From: an uncultured Bdellovibrionales bacterium | GTDB lineage: Bacteria; Patescibacteriota; Minisyncoccia; Moranbacterales; UBA1568 | NCBI GenBank assembly: GCA_964624415.1 | Contig: CAZUWR010000002.1 | Coordinates: forward strand, 12,454 to 76,453 | Length of the DNA: 64,000 nucleotides | Reading direction: 5' to 3' | Shown: positions 15,814-26,270 of the stretch, in pieces | How the letters are laid out: each line of letters begins with the position of its first letter | How positions within the stretch are numbered: the first letter of the stretch is position 1 | Program-made: the position numbers and the translations under genes | Notes under the pieces: generated by a model | The model's database searches: none | Told to the model about the DNA's origin: nothing | The model's input: only the letters and a program-made list of their open reading frames with translations

Positions 15814-17049
15814 ATGAGTGAATACCCGAAGTTCGAAATCTTGTCAGAGAAGCCATCAGAAGAGACTGTGGTTGATCAAGAATCAGCCTCCTTAGAACGT
15901 GCTCAGGAAATCGCAGGTCAAGGAAACTATGAAGCTATTCACAAAGAACTCGAGGAACAGCATTTGCTTGAGCGATACACGCAGCACATGAAGGAATTAT
16001 ACTCAGGATACTTTGGGACGAAAGATTTTTCGTTAGAAGAAAGATCCTGGGAAATGCTCGCTATCTTGTATCTCTATGATGAACCGACGCTTCAGCACAG
16101 CCTGCGCACCTTTGATATCGCTCATGAAATGGTGACACAAAAACTATACGAACCGAAAAGTGGTGAGGAAGTACATCTTGGTGAGGCTATACAACAAGAA
16201 GGTGTAAATCTCGAACAATTCCTCAATGCCGCACTCTTTCACGATATCGGTAAAGTGACCGTCCCAAGAGAAATTTTGAATAATAGTCTCACAGGCTATG
16301 ATATGGGTTGTATCCTTATGCGGATGATGCGTGAGGGAAAATGTCAGGAATTATTCGATGAAATCGGCATTGAATACACACCTGGTACGGATGATGAAAA
16401 TGCTGCGCTGAAAAATCTGCACAAAAAAGGTTTCCGCTCCATTGAAATTGTTCCTCTTTCCGAAGTTTTTCCGGAAACCGAATATCCAAACTTACTACAG
16501 GATTTTGAATCGCGTGGCTTCTCGAAACAACAATCACTTAAAAGCGTCCTTGATACGCACGAAATGCAAAGCGCGGAAATTTTAAAAAACGATACGATTG
16601 TAGCAGAACTTGCAGGACACCACCACAATTACAAGGAAGAACCTTCAAAACTTACCCTTAGCATCGCCGCAATCCGAGCGAATATACAGATGACGGAAAT
16701 AGATGACCTGGATACAGAGATGACGGAAATAGATGACCCACAGACATATGACATTGCCATGATGCACCTCATCACCATTGCTGATATAACCGATGCATTA
16801 AGGGATACGACTCGTCCTTATAAGGGTGGTAAAAAATTCAGCGAACCGGAAATCTTTGTCAATCTCATACGAACCGTTGGGCAGGCAGAGTATGGCGAAG
16901 GATTCGTTCATTTATGGATCAGCAACAAATACCCCGCTTACAAGGAATCTCTTCAAAATAAGGAGGTACAACAAACAGAGCGAGATATTGAGTGTTGCGA
17001 AATCATCGAGTCTTTTCTTGAAAAACAGCAAGATCCCTCAAAAAAATAA
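15814..17049 (+). CDS. HD-domain phosphohydrolase (HD-GYP-like, degenerate)
   Basis: QHSLRT, LFHDIGK, ADITDAL...RPYK. Confidence 0.75.
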   Translation: MSEYPKFEILSEKPSEETVVDQESASLERAQEIAGQGNYEAIHKELEEQHLLERYTQHMKELYSGYFGTKDFSLEERSWEMLAILYLYDEPTLQHSLRTFDIAHEMVTQKLYEPKSGEEVHLGEAIQQEGVNLEQFLNAALFHDIGKVTVPREILNNSLTGYDMGCILMRMMREGKCQELFDEIGIEYTPGTDDENAALKNLHKKGFRSIEIVPLSEVFPETEYPNLLQDFESRGFSKQQSLKSVLDTHEMQSAEILKNDTIVAELAGHHHNYKEEPSKLTLSIAAIRANIQMTEIDDLDTEMTEIDDPQTYDIAMMHLITIADITDALRDTTRPYKGGKKFSEPEIFVNLIRTVGQAEYGEGFVHLWISNKYPAYKESLQNKEVQQTERDIECCEIIESFLEKQQDPSKK

Positions 17050-17059
17050 ATGATGGCAA

Positions 17060-17635
17060 CTAAATACTCTTAAGAAGTTTCGGTATCTTACTGAAATCTT
17101 CTAAGAGTATTTTGCGCATCGAGCCATTATAAAGCGCGGCCGCCGGGTGATACAGGGTGTAAAAATTCCTCTTCCCGAGGTTGGGCATATCGATTTCGAA
17201 GAGCTGTCCATGCACTTCCGATATCTTTTTCCCTTCAATGAAGCGCTCCATCGCATGCCGTCCAAGAGGCACAATGAGTTTAGGGCTAATGAGTCGTATC
17301 TGGGCCTCAAGCCATGGCCAACAATCAGCCACCTCTTCAGGCAATGGATCCCGATTATTCGGCGGTCGATACTTCACCACATTGGTGATATAGATATCTT
17401 CACGCTTAAGTCCTATGGAGGCGAGCATTTCACTCAAAAACTTCCCTGCCGCTCCGATAAACGGCTTCCCTTGCTCATCCTCTTTCTTTCCAGGAGCTTC
17501 CCCGATAAACAGGATTTTTGCTTTCGCACTTCCTTCTCCGGGCACGACGTTTATCGCTGTGTATTTAAGCGCACATTGACATTCCTGTGCCATTGTTTGA
17601 TTTAAGGCTTCAAGTTGTTTTTGTTTTGTGGTCAT
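17060..17635 (-). CDS. uracil-DNA glycosylase family 4
   Basis: IGEAPG, PFIGAAG, YRPPNNRDP, YHPAA. Confidence 0.92.
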   Translation of the reverse strand: MTTKQKQLEALNQTMAQECQCALKYTAINVVPGEGSAKAKILFIGEAPGKKEDEQGKPFIGAAGKFLSEMLASIGLKREDIYITNVVKYRPPNNRDPLPEEVADCWPWLEAQIRLISPKLIVPLGRHAMERFIEGKKISEVHGQLFEIDMPNLGKRNFYTLYHPAAALYNGSMRKILLEDFSKIPKLLKSI

Positions 17636-17687
17636 TGCTTTCGTGCATCGTTTACTGTTGTTTGTTGATTGTTGATTATTGATTGCT

Positions 17688-18650
17688 TTAAATCACCATC
17701 CAGCCATCTGCGGTCTCCTGTATCCTTCCCGGCATCTCAAATCCGCTGGCCAATCGATGCCCGGCCCCGCCGAGCTTTCGTGCCAATGCCGAAAGATCGA
17801 TGCCTTTACCTTCTTCTGAACGCATACTTCCCTTTATGGTAGCGTCATCCATCTGAAAGAAAACGAGTGAGAATTTTGTTCCCGGAACGGTATTAAGAAT
17901 AGTCGCCACCTGATTCACATCGGTAGTCGAAGCTTCACATTCAGCGATGTCTTGTTGCGTCAGAGCGGAAACAATCATACCATTCTTGGGATTGATTTTT
18001 GCTTTCGCAAAAGCCCTTCCCCACAACTTAAGCGTCGATATCTTTTTATTCGTAAAGACGCTTCCTGAAATTTTCGAAAGTGGCGCCCCGCGTTTCATAA
18101 GCACGGAAGCGATTTCCATCACGCGTGGCGTGGTGCATGAGTGCTGGAAACTTCCCGTATCAAAAGATATGCCTGTGAGGAGCGCTGTGGCGATACGAGG
18201 GGTAATGGCAGCATGCGCATACTCCAGGTAATCAAAGAGAATTTCGCACGCTGAAGAATACGAATCATCCACCATCATCACGTCCCCGCTGATAGTAATG
18301 TTTGGGTGGTGATCGATCAATACCGTCGCCTGTTCTTCGGTGATATACTCCAACATCTTGTCGAATCCGCGATCGACGCTATCGGAAGCTATCACTGCCT
18401 GATAATCCTTCCAGTTTACCTTATCAGGAGTATAAAAGTCCCCCACGAACAATTCTGCCAAATATTCAGGAAAGGGATCAAAACACACGATATCGACACG
18501 TTTACCAAGACCGACAAGGTATTCCTTGAGCGCTACATTAGCACCGATCGTGTCAGGATCGGGTCTGGTATGAGCCACTAAGAGGATATCCGTGGCATTG
18601 GCGATGATATATTTCAGATTGCGGAATTCAGAGGAAAATCGTTTGTTCAT
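17688..18650 (-). CDS. nrnA: DHH/DHHA1 phosphoesterase (NrnA-like nanoRNase)
   Basis: HTRPDPD, IDHH, GGAGHRLASG; adjacent to rbfA. Confidence 0.85.
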   Translation of the reverse strand: MNKRFSSEFRNLKYIIANATDILLVAHTRPDPDTIGANVALKEYLVGLGKRVDIVCFDPFPEYLAELFVGDFYTPDKVNWKDYQAVIASDSVDRGFDKMLEYITEEQATVLIDHHPNITISGDVMMVDDSYSSACEILFDYLEYAHAAITPRIATALLTGISFDTGSFQHSCTTPRVMEIASVLMKRGAPLSKISGSVFTNKKISTLKLWGRAFAKAKINPKNGMIVSALTQQDIAECEASTTDVNQVATILNTVPGTKFSLVFFQMDDATIKGSMRSEEGKGIDLSALARKLGGAGHRLASGFEMPGRIQETADGWMVI

Positions 18651-18660
18651 AGCCGTATAA

Positions 18661-18996
18661 TTAGCGAAGCTCGCGAAGGATGTCTTCGACTTTTTGCGCT
18701 TCCTCCTCCGTTGAATCGAGCTTGAAGTGAATGCGTGGCAAAGGGTTCATGTGCAGCTGCTTATTCAAAGCCCCTTGTAAGGCATAAATCTCTTTTTTCA
18801 GCGTCTTGATGATATACTGTCCATCACTGGCCGGAAACACGCTCACAAGCACCTCGCAACGGCGCAGATCAGGAGAAGTGCTCACGCGAGCTACCGTCAC
18901 GATCACACCAATCTTAAAACTCACTTCGGTAGTCAGAAGAGCACTTATTTTATGCTGTAACAATTCATTGATTTTCTCCAAACGCAAAGCCGCCAT
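18661..18996 (-). CDS. rbfA: ribosome-binding factor A
   Basis: RLEKINELLQ, VTVARVSTSPDL, PRIHFKLD. Confidence 0.9.
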   Translation of the reverse strand: MAALRLEKINELLQHKISALLTTEVSFKIGVIVTVARVSTSPDLRRCEVLVSVFPASDGQYIIKTLKKEIYALQGALNKQLHMNPLPRIHFKLDSTEEEAQKVEDILRELR

Positions 18997-19043
18997 ATCT
19001 TATATTCTTATTAACTTACCCGTTATGTGATTATAAATGTTTT

Positions 19044-19146
19044 TGAGTATTTCTTGCGGAAAAGATTTTTTCAAAAGCCATTGGCGTACTCGCCTCGGCT
19101 GTGAAAAAATACTTTTGTGTAAGAAATACAACACCAAAAATACTCA
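19044..19146. repeat. imperfect fold-back (palindromic) element
   Basis: GTATTTCTTGC...TTTTTTCA / TGAAAAAA...GTAAGAAATAC around a GGCG-tact-CGCC core. Confidence 0.65.
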
Positions 19147-19151
19147 CTTTG

Positions 19152-19223
19152 TGCCCTTGGTAGGAATCGAACCTACATCTAACCCTTAGGACGGGCCCGT
19201 TCTATCCATTGAACTACAAAGGC
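19152..19223 (-). tRNA. tRNA-Arg(CCT)
   Basis: reverse complement folds as cloverleaf; anticodon loop gtCCTaa; GGTTCGATTCC. Confidence 0.93.
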
Positions 19224-19252
19224 TATCCGATCGCTTTCCTTTGATTATACCA

Positions 19253-19452
19253 TGAGTAACTCTTTTACATCTCACCGCCATAAACATCTCAGAAGGGGAG
19301 AACTTTAGGGCTTGCCGGAAAAATAGTGTGTATTTTCGCTGCAAATCGTTTATCGCGTGTCAACATATATCCATATGCCTTCGTGCGATAAAGCGATTTT
19401 CGCTGAAAATTCATACTATTTTTCTCGACATGAGATGTAAAAGAGTTACTCA
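19253..19452. mobile_element. MITE-like fold-back element with perfect 22-bp terminal inverted repeats
   Basis: TGAGTAACTCTTTTACATCTCA (19253-19274) / TGAGATGTAAAAGAGTTACTCA (19431-19452) plus an inner palindrome. Confidence 0.7.
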
Positions 19453-19550
19453 AACGAGACGATAGTACACTCTAGCACTAAATCACGATTGAGGCAACTT
19501 TTATACCAAAAGCAAAAGACGCCACACCAATGACGCCTTTTGCTATTCTT

Positions 19551-22019
19551 TTATACGAAGGTGAATGATCCGACTTTATCCCCTGCCTGCGGACGCATCA
19601 CGCGCACACCCTGCGTCACTCGCGAGAGCAGCGGCACGCTCTTGAGCGGCACGCGGATAATAGTGCCTTTGTCTGAAGTAGACATGATATCCGCATCCTC
19701 TTCCTCACCCTTGCGCATCACGCGCGCACCGATGAGATTGCCGGTCTTGGGTGTCACCTTGACCGTCCGGATACCCGACCCGCCGCGCTTTTGGATTTTG
19801 TAGTGCCTGATTTCGCTGCGTTTACCATATCCATTCGCTGTAAGGATGAGGAGTTGGGAACCCTTTTGATCCTGCGGAATCACATCCATACCCACCACCG
19901 TGTCTTTTTCTTTCAATTTGATACCATGCACACCAGCTGCATTGCGTCCCATTGGCCGTGCATCGGTTTCCTTGAAGCGGATAGCCTGTCCATCAGATGT
20001 GGTAATGATAGCCTGATCAGTGCCGGTTGTCGGCCTCACCCATCCGAGTGTATCACCCTTCTCCAGAGTGATGGCGATCAAACCGCTTCGGCGTACATTA
20101 GCGAAATCGCTTATCTTGGTTTTCTTGACCGTTCCATTGGTCGTTGTCATAAAGAGGTACTTGTACCCATCCTCTTTCGCATTGAGTGCGATCATCACGG
20201 TAATTTTCTCGCCCTGAGCCAATTGCAAGAAATTCACCACTGCCTGTCCTTTGGAAGTACGGGATGATTCGGGTATTTCGTATGCCTTGGTCTGGAACAC
20301 TTTTCCCGTATTGGTAAAGAACATCAGATCATCATGCGTCATAATGCTGGTCACCTGAGCGATCGAATCGCCTTCCTTAGTGGTTGCACCGATCACGCCT
20401 TTGCCACCGCGCTTCTGCACGCGATACACATCGGGATTCATACGCTTGATATACCCATCTTCACTAAGAGTAATAAGAGCCTCTTCATTTGGAATCAGAT
20501 CTTCCTGGCTAAATTCACCGATAGCCGATCGCATGACTTTGGTCTTGCGCGCATCACCGTATTTTTCCTTCAGTTCTGCCAACTCATCTTTGATAATACC
20601 GAATATTTTTTTGCGATGCTTAAGAATATCCTCGAGCTTGGCGATGATTTTCAACTTCTCCACCAATTCATCCTCGATTTTTTTGCGTTCCAATCCGGCC
20701 AGTGTCTGTAAACGCATTTCCAAGATAGCAGTGGCCTGCCTATCGGAAAGCTTGAACTTTCGCATCAAATTGGTGTGTGCCAGTTCTCGTGTCGGGGATT
20801 TTTTGATAACAGCAATCACTTCATCAATATGATCGAGGGCTATTTTCAATCCCTCCAAGATATGCGCACGATCCTTGGCTTTCTGCAATTCAAACTGTGT
20901 ACGCCTCACCACCACGTGTTCACGGTGCGTGATATAGTGCTCGAGGATAGACTTGAGGTTGAGAATCTGAGGATCGATACCATCCACCAGTGCCAACATA
21001 TTGAAGTTGAAGTTTTTCTGTAAATCAGTATGCGAATAGAGTTGATTGAGCACCTTCTGCGGATACGCTTCTTTTTTCAGCTCGATCACGATACGTACGC
21101 CGTCTTTGTCGGATTCATCGCGCAAGTCTCGGATACCGGCGATCTTCGCCTCCTTCACCAAGTCAGCCATCTTCTCGATCATCACCGCTTTATTGGTCGC
21201 ATAGGTCATTTCTGTCACCACGATCTGGAACATGCCGGATTTAGTTTCCTCAATTTCCGCCTTGGCGCGAGTCACGACGCGCCCGCGACCGGTGATATAG
21301 GCATTGCGGATGTCTGAAGCATTGTAAATGATGCCTCCTGTTGGAAAATCCGGTCCCTTAATAAACTGAAGCAAATCATCGATAGTCGCTTCAGGATTAT
21401 CGATCAGGCAGGCAATAGCATCGATGAGCTCATTAAGGTTATGCGGCGGGATATTGGTTGCCATACCGACCGCGATACCCATCACACCATTGAGAAGTAA
21501 CTGCGGGAGTTTGGCGGGCAATACGAGCGGTTCTTGATGTACACCGTCGTAGTTCGGTATAAAATCCACCGTGTCCTTTTCGATATCCACAAGCATCTCT
21601 TCAGCAATCGCTTTCAGTTTCGCCTCGGTATATCGATACGCTGCAGGACTATCACCGTCCATCGAGCCGAAGTTTCCCTGGCCCCATATGAGCGGGTAAC
21701 GCAGAGAGAAATCCTGGGCCATACGCACCATCGAGTCATACACCGCGGTATCGCCATGCGGATGCCATTTTCCCAGCACCTCTCCGACTACGGTAGCGGA
21801 TTTTCGAAATTTTGCTCCGGACTTCAAGCCCGTTGACCACATAGAATACAAGATGCGTCTGTGCACCGGCTTCAAACCGTCCCGCACATCCGGCAAGGCG
21901 CGTGATACAATCACGCTCATCGCATAATCCAGATATGACTGCTTCACCTCATCGGTAATCGTACGCGGATTGATGATTCCATCCTTATATTCTTTGAAAA
22001 CGTGATTTTTTTTCGCCAT
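19551..22019 (-). CDS. gyrA: DNA gyrase subunit A
   Basis: [28 protein letters not shown], GyrA box QKRGGKG. Confidence 0.98.
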   Translation of the reverse strand: MAKKNHVFKEYKDGIINPRTITDEVKQSYLDYAMSVIVSRALPDVRDGLKPVHRRILYSMWSTGLKSGAKFRKSATVVGEVLGKWHPHGDTAVYDSMVRMAQDFSLRYPLIWGQGNFGSMDGDSPAAYRYTEAKLKAIAEEMLVDIEKDTVDFIPNYDGVHQEPLVLPAKLPQLLLNGVMGIAVGMATNIPPHNLNELIDAIACLIDNPEATIDDLLQFIKGPDFPTGGIIYNASDIRNAYITGRGRVVTRAKAEIEETKSGMFQIVVTEMTYATNKAVMIEKMADLVKEAKIAGIRDLRDESDKDGVRIVIELKKEAYPQKVLNQLYSHTDLQKNFNFNMLALVDGIDPQILNLKSILEHYITHREHVVVRRTQFELQKAKDRAHILEGLKIALDHIDEVIAVIKKSPTRELAHTNLMRKFKLSDRQATAILEMRLQTLAGLERKKIEDELVEKLKIIAKLEDILKHRKKIFGIIKDELAELKEKYGDARKTKVMRSAIGEFSQEDLIPNEEALITLSEDGYIKRMNPDVYRVQKRGGKGVIGATTKEGDSIAQVTSIMTHDDLMFFTNTGKVFQTKAYEIPESSRTSKGQAVVNFLQLAQGEKITVMIALNAKEDGYKYLFMTTTNGTVKKTKISDFANVRRSGLIAITLEKGDTLGWVRPTTGTDQAIITTSDGQAIRFKETDARPMGRNAAGVHGIKLKEKDTVVGMDVIPQDQKGSQLLILTANGYGKRSEIRHYKIQKRGGSGIRTVKVTPKTGNLIGARVMRKGEEEDADIMSTSDKGTIIRVPLKSVPLLSRVTQGVRVMRPQAGDKVGSFTFV

Positions 22020-22037
22020 AGCGTTGCAATAAATTCG

Positions 22038-22307
22038 TTACTTTTTTATCCATTCATTAAGTGATGGTGCCGTATCCGATGGTGGTGTGTTTGTATTGGG
22101 AGTAGACTGATTGGTCTGTTGAGCTGGTTCCGATGCCTGTGGCGCGTTTTCTTGCTGTTTCTGAAATGATGTCGTGAGAGAGAAAATCCACAAAAGACTG
22201 ATAATGCACATAGAAACGAACACGCTCACCAACACATACCGCATACGGACTTCCTCAGGCTTGCTGCGAATCTCTTCTATTTTCCTGTAAATATTCATAA
22301 TCAACAC
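22038..22307 (-). CDS. small single-TM hypothetical protein
   Basis: co-oriented with gyrA; one TM helix, low-complexity tail. Confidence 0.6.
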   Translation of the reverse strand: MLIMNIYRKIEEIRSKPEEVRMRYVLVSVFVSMCIISLLWIFSLTTSFQKQQENAPQASEPAQQTNQSTPNTNTPPSDTAPSLNEWIKK

Positions 22308-22340
22308 TTCGTATGATAATTACGCTTCTTCAAAGAAGGC

Positions 22341-23000
22341 TTACGCTCGCTCTAAAAGGACTATTTCCATACTCTTACCCTCCAGATCTTTCTTTTTAAG
22401 GGAAAGTTTGGCAACTTTTTCGGTAGGACAATTCCCGATTTCCACACAAAACGCCTTCTCATCCTCAAAGCCAACCGTCATACCATCCATCTTGTAGTGC
22501 ATTGGGATTACGAGAGCAGGTTCGATTTTTCGGATGGTTTCCTCAATCTGCTTGATGGCCAAGGTATCGTTATCCCCCACGGGAATAAACAAGATATCGA
22601 CGGCGGCGATTTTTTCAATTTGAGCGGGAGTCAACTCGTGCCCTAAAGCGCCAAGGAAACACAGATTCATAGACTCTGCCTGAAACACAAATACCGTGTT
22701 CTGACCACGCAAAGCGCCTTTTTCCATATCTTGATAGGAGGCGATACCAAAAGCATTCACTCCTTTAACGGCATATTCTCCCGGATCGCTCAGTGTCACC
22801 TTATCACCCTTAAGCCCGGCTGCCTCAATGTCCACGCTATTGCTATGTGAAAGAAACATAATATCCGCCTGTCCTTGAGGGCTGCGCAAGCCCGTAGCCT
22901 TATCGCACGGATCCGTCCAAATAACGATATCTTCGGTTGCACGGCCAAAAGGCTTCGTGGTTATCTTAAAACAATAGTCTCCGTAATACTGGATATTCAT
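22341..23000 (-). CDS. metallo-beta-lactamase-fold protein (Lactamase_B_3-like)
   Basis: MNIQYYG, PGEYAVKG, VDILFIPVG, IEPALVIPMHY. Confidence 0.85.
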   Translation of the reverse strand: MNIQYYGDYCFKITTKPFGRATEDIVIWTDPCDKATGLRSPQGQADIMFLSHSNSVDIEAAGLKGDKVTLSDPGEYAVKGVNAFGIASYQDMEKGALRGQNTVFVFQAESMNLCFLGALGHELTPAQIEKIAAVDILFIPVGDNDTLAIKQIEETIRKIEPALVIPMHYKMDGMTVGFEDEKAFCVEIGNCPTEKVAKLSLKKKDLEGKSMEIVLLERA

Positions 23001-23259
23001 ACCATTCAATATACACAAATAAGTAAGACAAGTACCAAACACATTCCTAATAGAATACGTTTGATTTCCTTACTAGTATACTATGCAAGCCTTCCCTTGT
23101 CGAGAATAGCAGACATCCTACCTTGGGGATGGCGGGCATCTTGCCAAAATATACAATATGCGCTACAATACCTTGACGATGAAGAAAAGAGAGAAGTGAA
23201 TATCAGCATCATAATTTTTAATGGATAGCGAGATGCGGCTATCGTAGGATACTTTATTT

Positions 23260-24441
23260 ATGACAAAGAAAACGCTCAAGGACTTGGTGGACAACTCGGA
23301 AACACCAATCTCCGCAAAAAAAGGCTCTGTAAAGGAAAAAACAAGCGAAACAGAGGTATCCGTTATGGAGGCACTGATGGAGGCGCATCCATTTGAAATC
23401 CCAATGGTGGGCGATGTACTTACCGGAACCGTGATCGATACCTCTTCTAATTCGGCTCTTTTGGACTTAGGACCCCTCGGAACCGGTGTTGTTTTGGGCA
23501 AGGAAATGAAGGATGGTCTCGGCTCCAATGCGAAACTGAAAGTAGGAGATGTCGTGACCGCAACCCTCACCGATCTTGAGAACGAGGATGGCTACATCGA
23601 ACTTTCCATCCGTGAAGCTTCTTACGAGAAGTCCTGGGATGATATCGAGAATAAGCGTGATAACAAGGATATTGTTACCACCAAGGTACTCGAAGCCAAT
23701 AAGGGTGGTCTTATGATTGAAATCAACGGTATTGTTGGATTTCTCCCGGTTTCCCAGCTTTCAAGCGAGCACTATCCTCGCGTTGAAGATGGCGACAAGA
23801 ATAAGATTCTCGAACTATTGCGCAAATTGATCGGTCAAGAGCTTACCGTTCGCATCCTTGATGCTGATCGCGAGGCACAGAAGCTTATCGGTAGTGAAAA
23901 GGCTGCACAAAGCGAAAAGGAACGCGAGGTTATCTCGAATCTTAAGATCGGCGATAAAATCGAGGGAGAAGTCAGTGGTGTCGTGGACTTCGGAGCTTTC
24001 GTGAAATTCCCATCTCCAAGCGGAAAGAAGGGTGAAAAACTCGAAGGATTGGTACATATTTCCGAATTGGCATGGCAGCTTATCGATGATCCTCGTGAAA
24101 TCGTCAAAATGGGCGATATGGTGCAGGCACAGATTATCGGTATCGAAGATACCCGTATCTCCCTTTCTATGAAGACCCTGAAGGAAGATCCTTGGAGCCG
24201 CGTCAAAGAAAAGTACAATGTCGGTGACATTGTCGATGGCAAGGTGGACAAGATCAATCATTTCGGATCATTCGTTTACCTCGACAAGGATATCCACGGA
24301 TTGGCTCATGTGAGCGAATTCCAGGATGTCTACGCGGGAAAGAAAATGGAAGATATCTTCAAGACCGGAGAGGTCTACAAGTGGAAAATCCTTTCTATCG
24401 AGCCAAAAACTCACCGAATGGGATTGCTTCCGGTCAAATAA
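23260..24441 (+). CDS. rpsA: 30S ribosomal protein S1
   Basis: repeated S1 domains (GFLPVSQL, DFGAFV, GLVHISELAW, GLAHVSE). Confidence 0.93.
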   Translation: MTKKTLKDLVDNSETPISAKKGSVKEKTSETEVSVMEALMEAHPFEIPMVGDVLTGTVIDTSSNSALLDLGPLGTGVVLGKEMKDGLGSNAKLKVGDVVTATLTDLENEDGYIELSIREASYEKSWDDIENKRDNKDIVTTKVLEANKGGLMIEINGIVGFLPVSQLSSEHYPRVEDGDKNKILELLRKLIGQELTVRILDADREAQKLIGSEKAAQSEKEREVISNLKIGDKIEGEVSGVVDFGAFVKFPSPSGKKGEKLEGLVHISELAWQLIDDPREIVKMGDMVQAQIIGIEDTRISLSMKTLKEDPWSRVKEKYNVGDIVDGKVDKINHFGSFVYLDKDIHGLAHVSEFQDVYAGKKMEDIFKTGEVYKWKILSIEPKTHRMGLLPVK

Positions 24442-24569
24442 GGTCTTCGGACTTTGCAATATACAAAAAACGGGACTTCGTGTCTCGTTTTTTGTATACT
24501 CACTTCGAGTTGTCTTTTTCTCTTTGATGTACTATAATGAGCTATCCATTTATTCATTAACACTTTATC

Positions 24570-25124
24570 ATGTACTCAAATATTTTTGTTATTTATGGTC
24601 CTTCTGGTTCGGGTCAAGATTCTGTTATTGAGGGGGTTCAAAAGCAAATACCGCTAGAAAGAGTTGTTACGACTGTGACACGTACCATGCGCCCAACAGA
24701 ATCTCAGGGACATCCCTACTATTTCATCACCAGGGAAGCTTTTGAAGAAAAAATTAAAAATAACGAACTCCTTGAATACTTAAAAAAATACGAAGGGGAC
24801 TACTACGGCGTAACAAAAAGCGAAATTGAGCGCGTAGCACAAAGTAATAAAATAGGCATATGGAAAGTTGATTTTGCTGGAGCGCGCGATTTAAAACAAC
24901 GATTTCCAGAGCTCACCGTTATCTGTATCAACGCACCACTTTCGGCCATTGAAAGACGCATTCGAAAACGAGACAATCCAACAGAAGAATATCTCCAAGC
25001 TCGATTAAAACATATCCGCGAATGGCTTCCAAAAAGCATTTATGATTTTAAGGTTGAAAATGAAGATGGGAAGCTTGAAGAAACTATTAATCAAGTCTGC
25101 TCAATAATACGAAGCAAGAAATAG
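24570..25124 (+). CDS. gmk: guanylate kinase
   Basis: GPSGSG, TRTMRPTESQGHPYYF, YYGV. Confidence 0.88.
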   Translation: MYSNIFVIYGPSGSGQDSVIEGVQKQIPLERVVTTVTRTMRPTESQGHPYYFITREAFEEKIKNNELLEYLKKYEGDYYGVTKSEIERVAQSNKIGIWKVDFAGARDLKQRFPELTVICINAPLSAIERRIRKRDNPTEEYLQARLKHIREWLPKSIYDFKVENEDGKLEETINQVCSIIRSKK

Positions 25125-25129
25125 ATCCT

Positions 25130-26128
25130 ATGTCAGCCTTTATCAAAACAGTCCAAAACACCGCCCACACACACCGCCTGTGGTCAAAGGGATCACGGAT
25201 GATTGTTGGTGTCTCAGGCGGCGCTGACAGTGTGTGTTTGCTTGATGTTTTGGTAGAGCTTGGCAAAAAATACGATTGGGAGCTTCGTGTCGCTCATGTG
25301 AACTACGGTCTGCGTGGATCCGATTCGGATGATGATGAACGTCTCGTCAGAGAATTGGCGCAATACTACCAGCTTCCCTGCTCCGTGTATAAGCCAAAAA
25401 TTACAACCACAAGCAATCTTGAAGAGGTGTTACGCGATAAACGGTATCGTTTTTTCGAAACAATACGCCAAAAATACGACTGTGAAAGCATAGCGATCGC
25501 ACACACCCTCAATGATCAGGCGGAGACCGTCTTGATGCGGCTTATCCGTGGATCAGGACTTTCCGGTCTCTCTGCTATGCAAGCAAAAACAAACCATATT
25601 ATCAGACCCTTTCTTGAAGTAAGCCGCCACGACATCCTAGAATACATCAAAGAGCGCAAACTGACCTATCATACCGATAGTTCCAACAGCGACACTCGTT
25701 TTCTGCGTAACAGTATCCGACATAAGCTTATTCCTTATCTTCAAAAAAACTTCAATCACAATATACAAGAAGTACTCGCCAACACCGCACGAGTTACCGG
25801 CGAAGACTATGCCCTTCTGCAAGCATACGAAAAAGAGCATCTTATTCCCTTTCAGTATAATGACAATAGTCATACACTTACTTTTCATCGCGATGCCTTT
25901 CTCAAACTCGACCAAAGTATACAAAAAATGACCCTTCGCACATTCTTCACTCTTGTGAAAGGTACTATTAAAGGCATTACAAGCGCCCATATACACGGGG
26001 CTGTGCGTATGCTCGAAAGCGAAAAAAGCAAAATCAAGACTCTCTCTTTTGGGGGTATCTGCGTTACCTATACAACCAATCAAGTGGCGATACATATCAT
26101 AGATCTATCCGAAAAAGCCGTTTTATAA
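25130..26128 (+). CDS. tilS: tRNA(Ile)-lysidine synthetase
   Basis: SGGADS, HVNYGLRG, AHTLNDQAET, RNSIRHKLIP. Confidence 0.95.
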   Translation: MSAFIKTVQNTAHTHRLWSKGSRMIVGVSGGADSVCLLDVLVELGKKYDWELRVAHVNYGLRGSDSDDDERLVRELAQYYQLPCSVYKPKITTTSNLEEVLRDKRYRFFETIRQKYDCESIAIAHTLNDQAETVLMRLIRGSGLSGLSAMQAKTNHIIRPFLEVSRHDILEYIKERKLTYHTDSSNSDTRFLRNSIRHKLIPYLQKNFNHNIQEVLANTARVTGEDYALLQAYEKEHLIPFQYNDNSHTLTFHRDAFLKLDQSIQKMTLRTFFTLVKGTIKGITSAHIHGAVRMLESEKSKIKTLSFGGICVTYTTNQVAIHIIDLSEKAVL

Positions 26129-26270
26129 ACGCATAAGGTTGAAGATAATACGAAAAGATGCTACAGTAGCAAGGACTCTTATGTAAACAGGGGCTTTTTT
26201 TGAGAGATGGTTATGCTGCTCAAAAATAGCCTTTTATAGACCTTTATAAAAAGTTAATCACAATAACTGT

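Noticed and set aside
17655-17686. Short TGTTGAT-type simple repeat between nrnA and the UDG gene
   Set aside because: Degenerate low-complexity spacer; no evidence of phase variation
19472-19498. CIRCE-like half site CTAGCACTA
   Set aside because: Second half does not match and no chaperone gene follows
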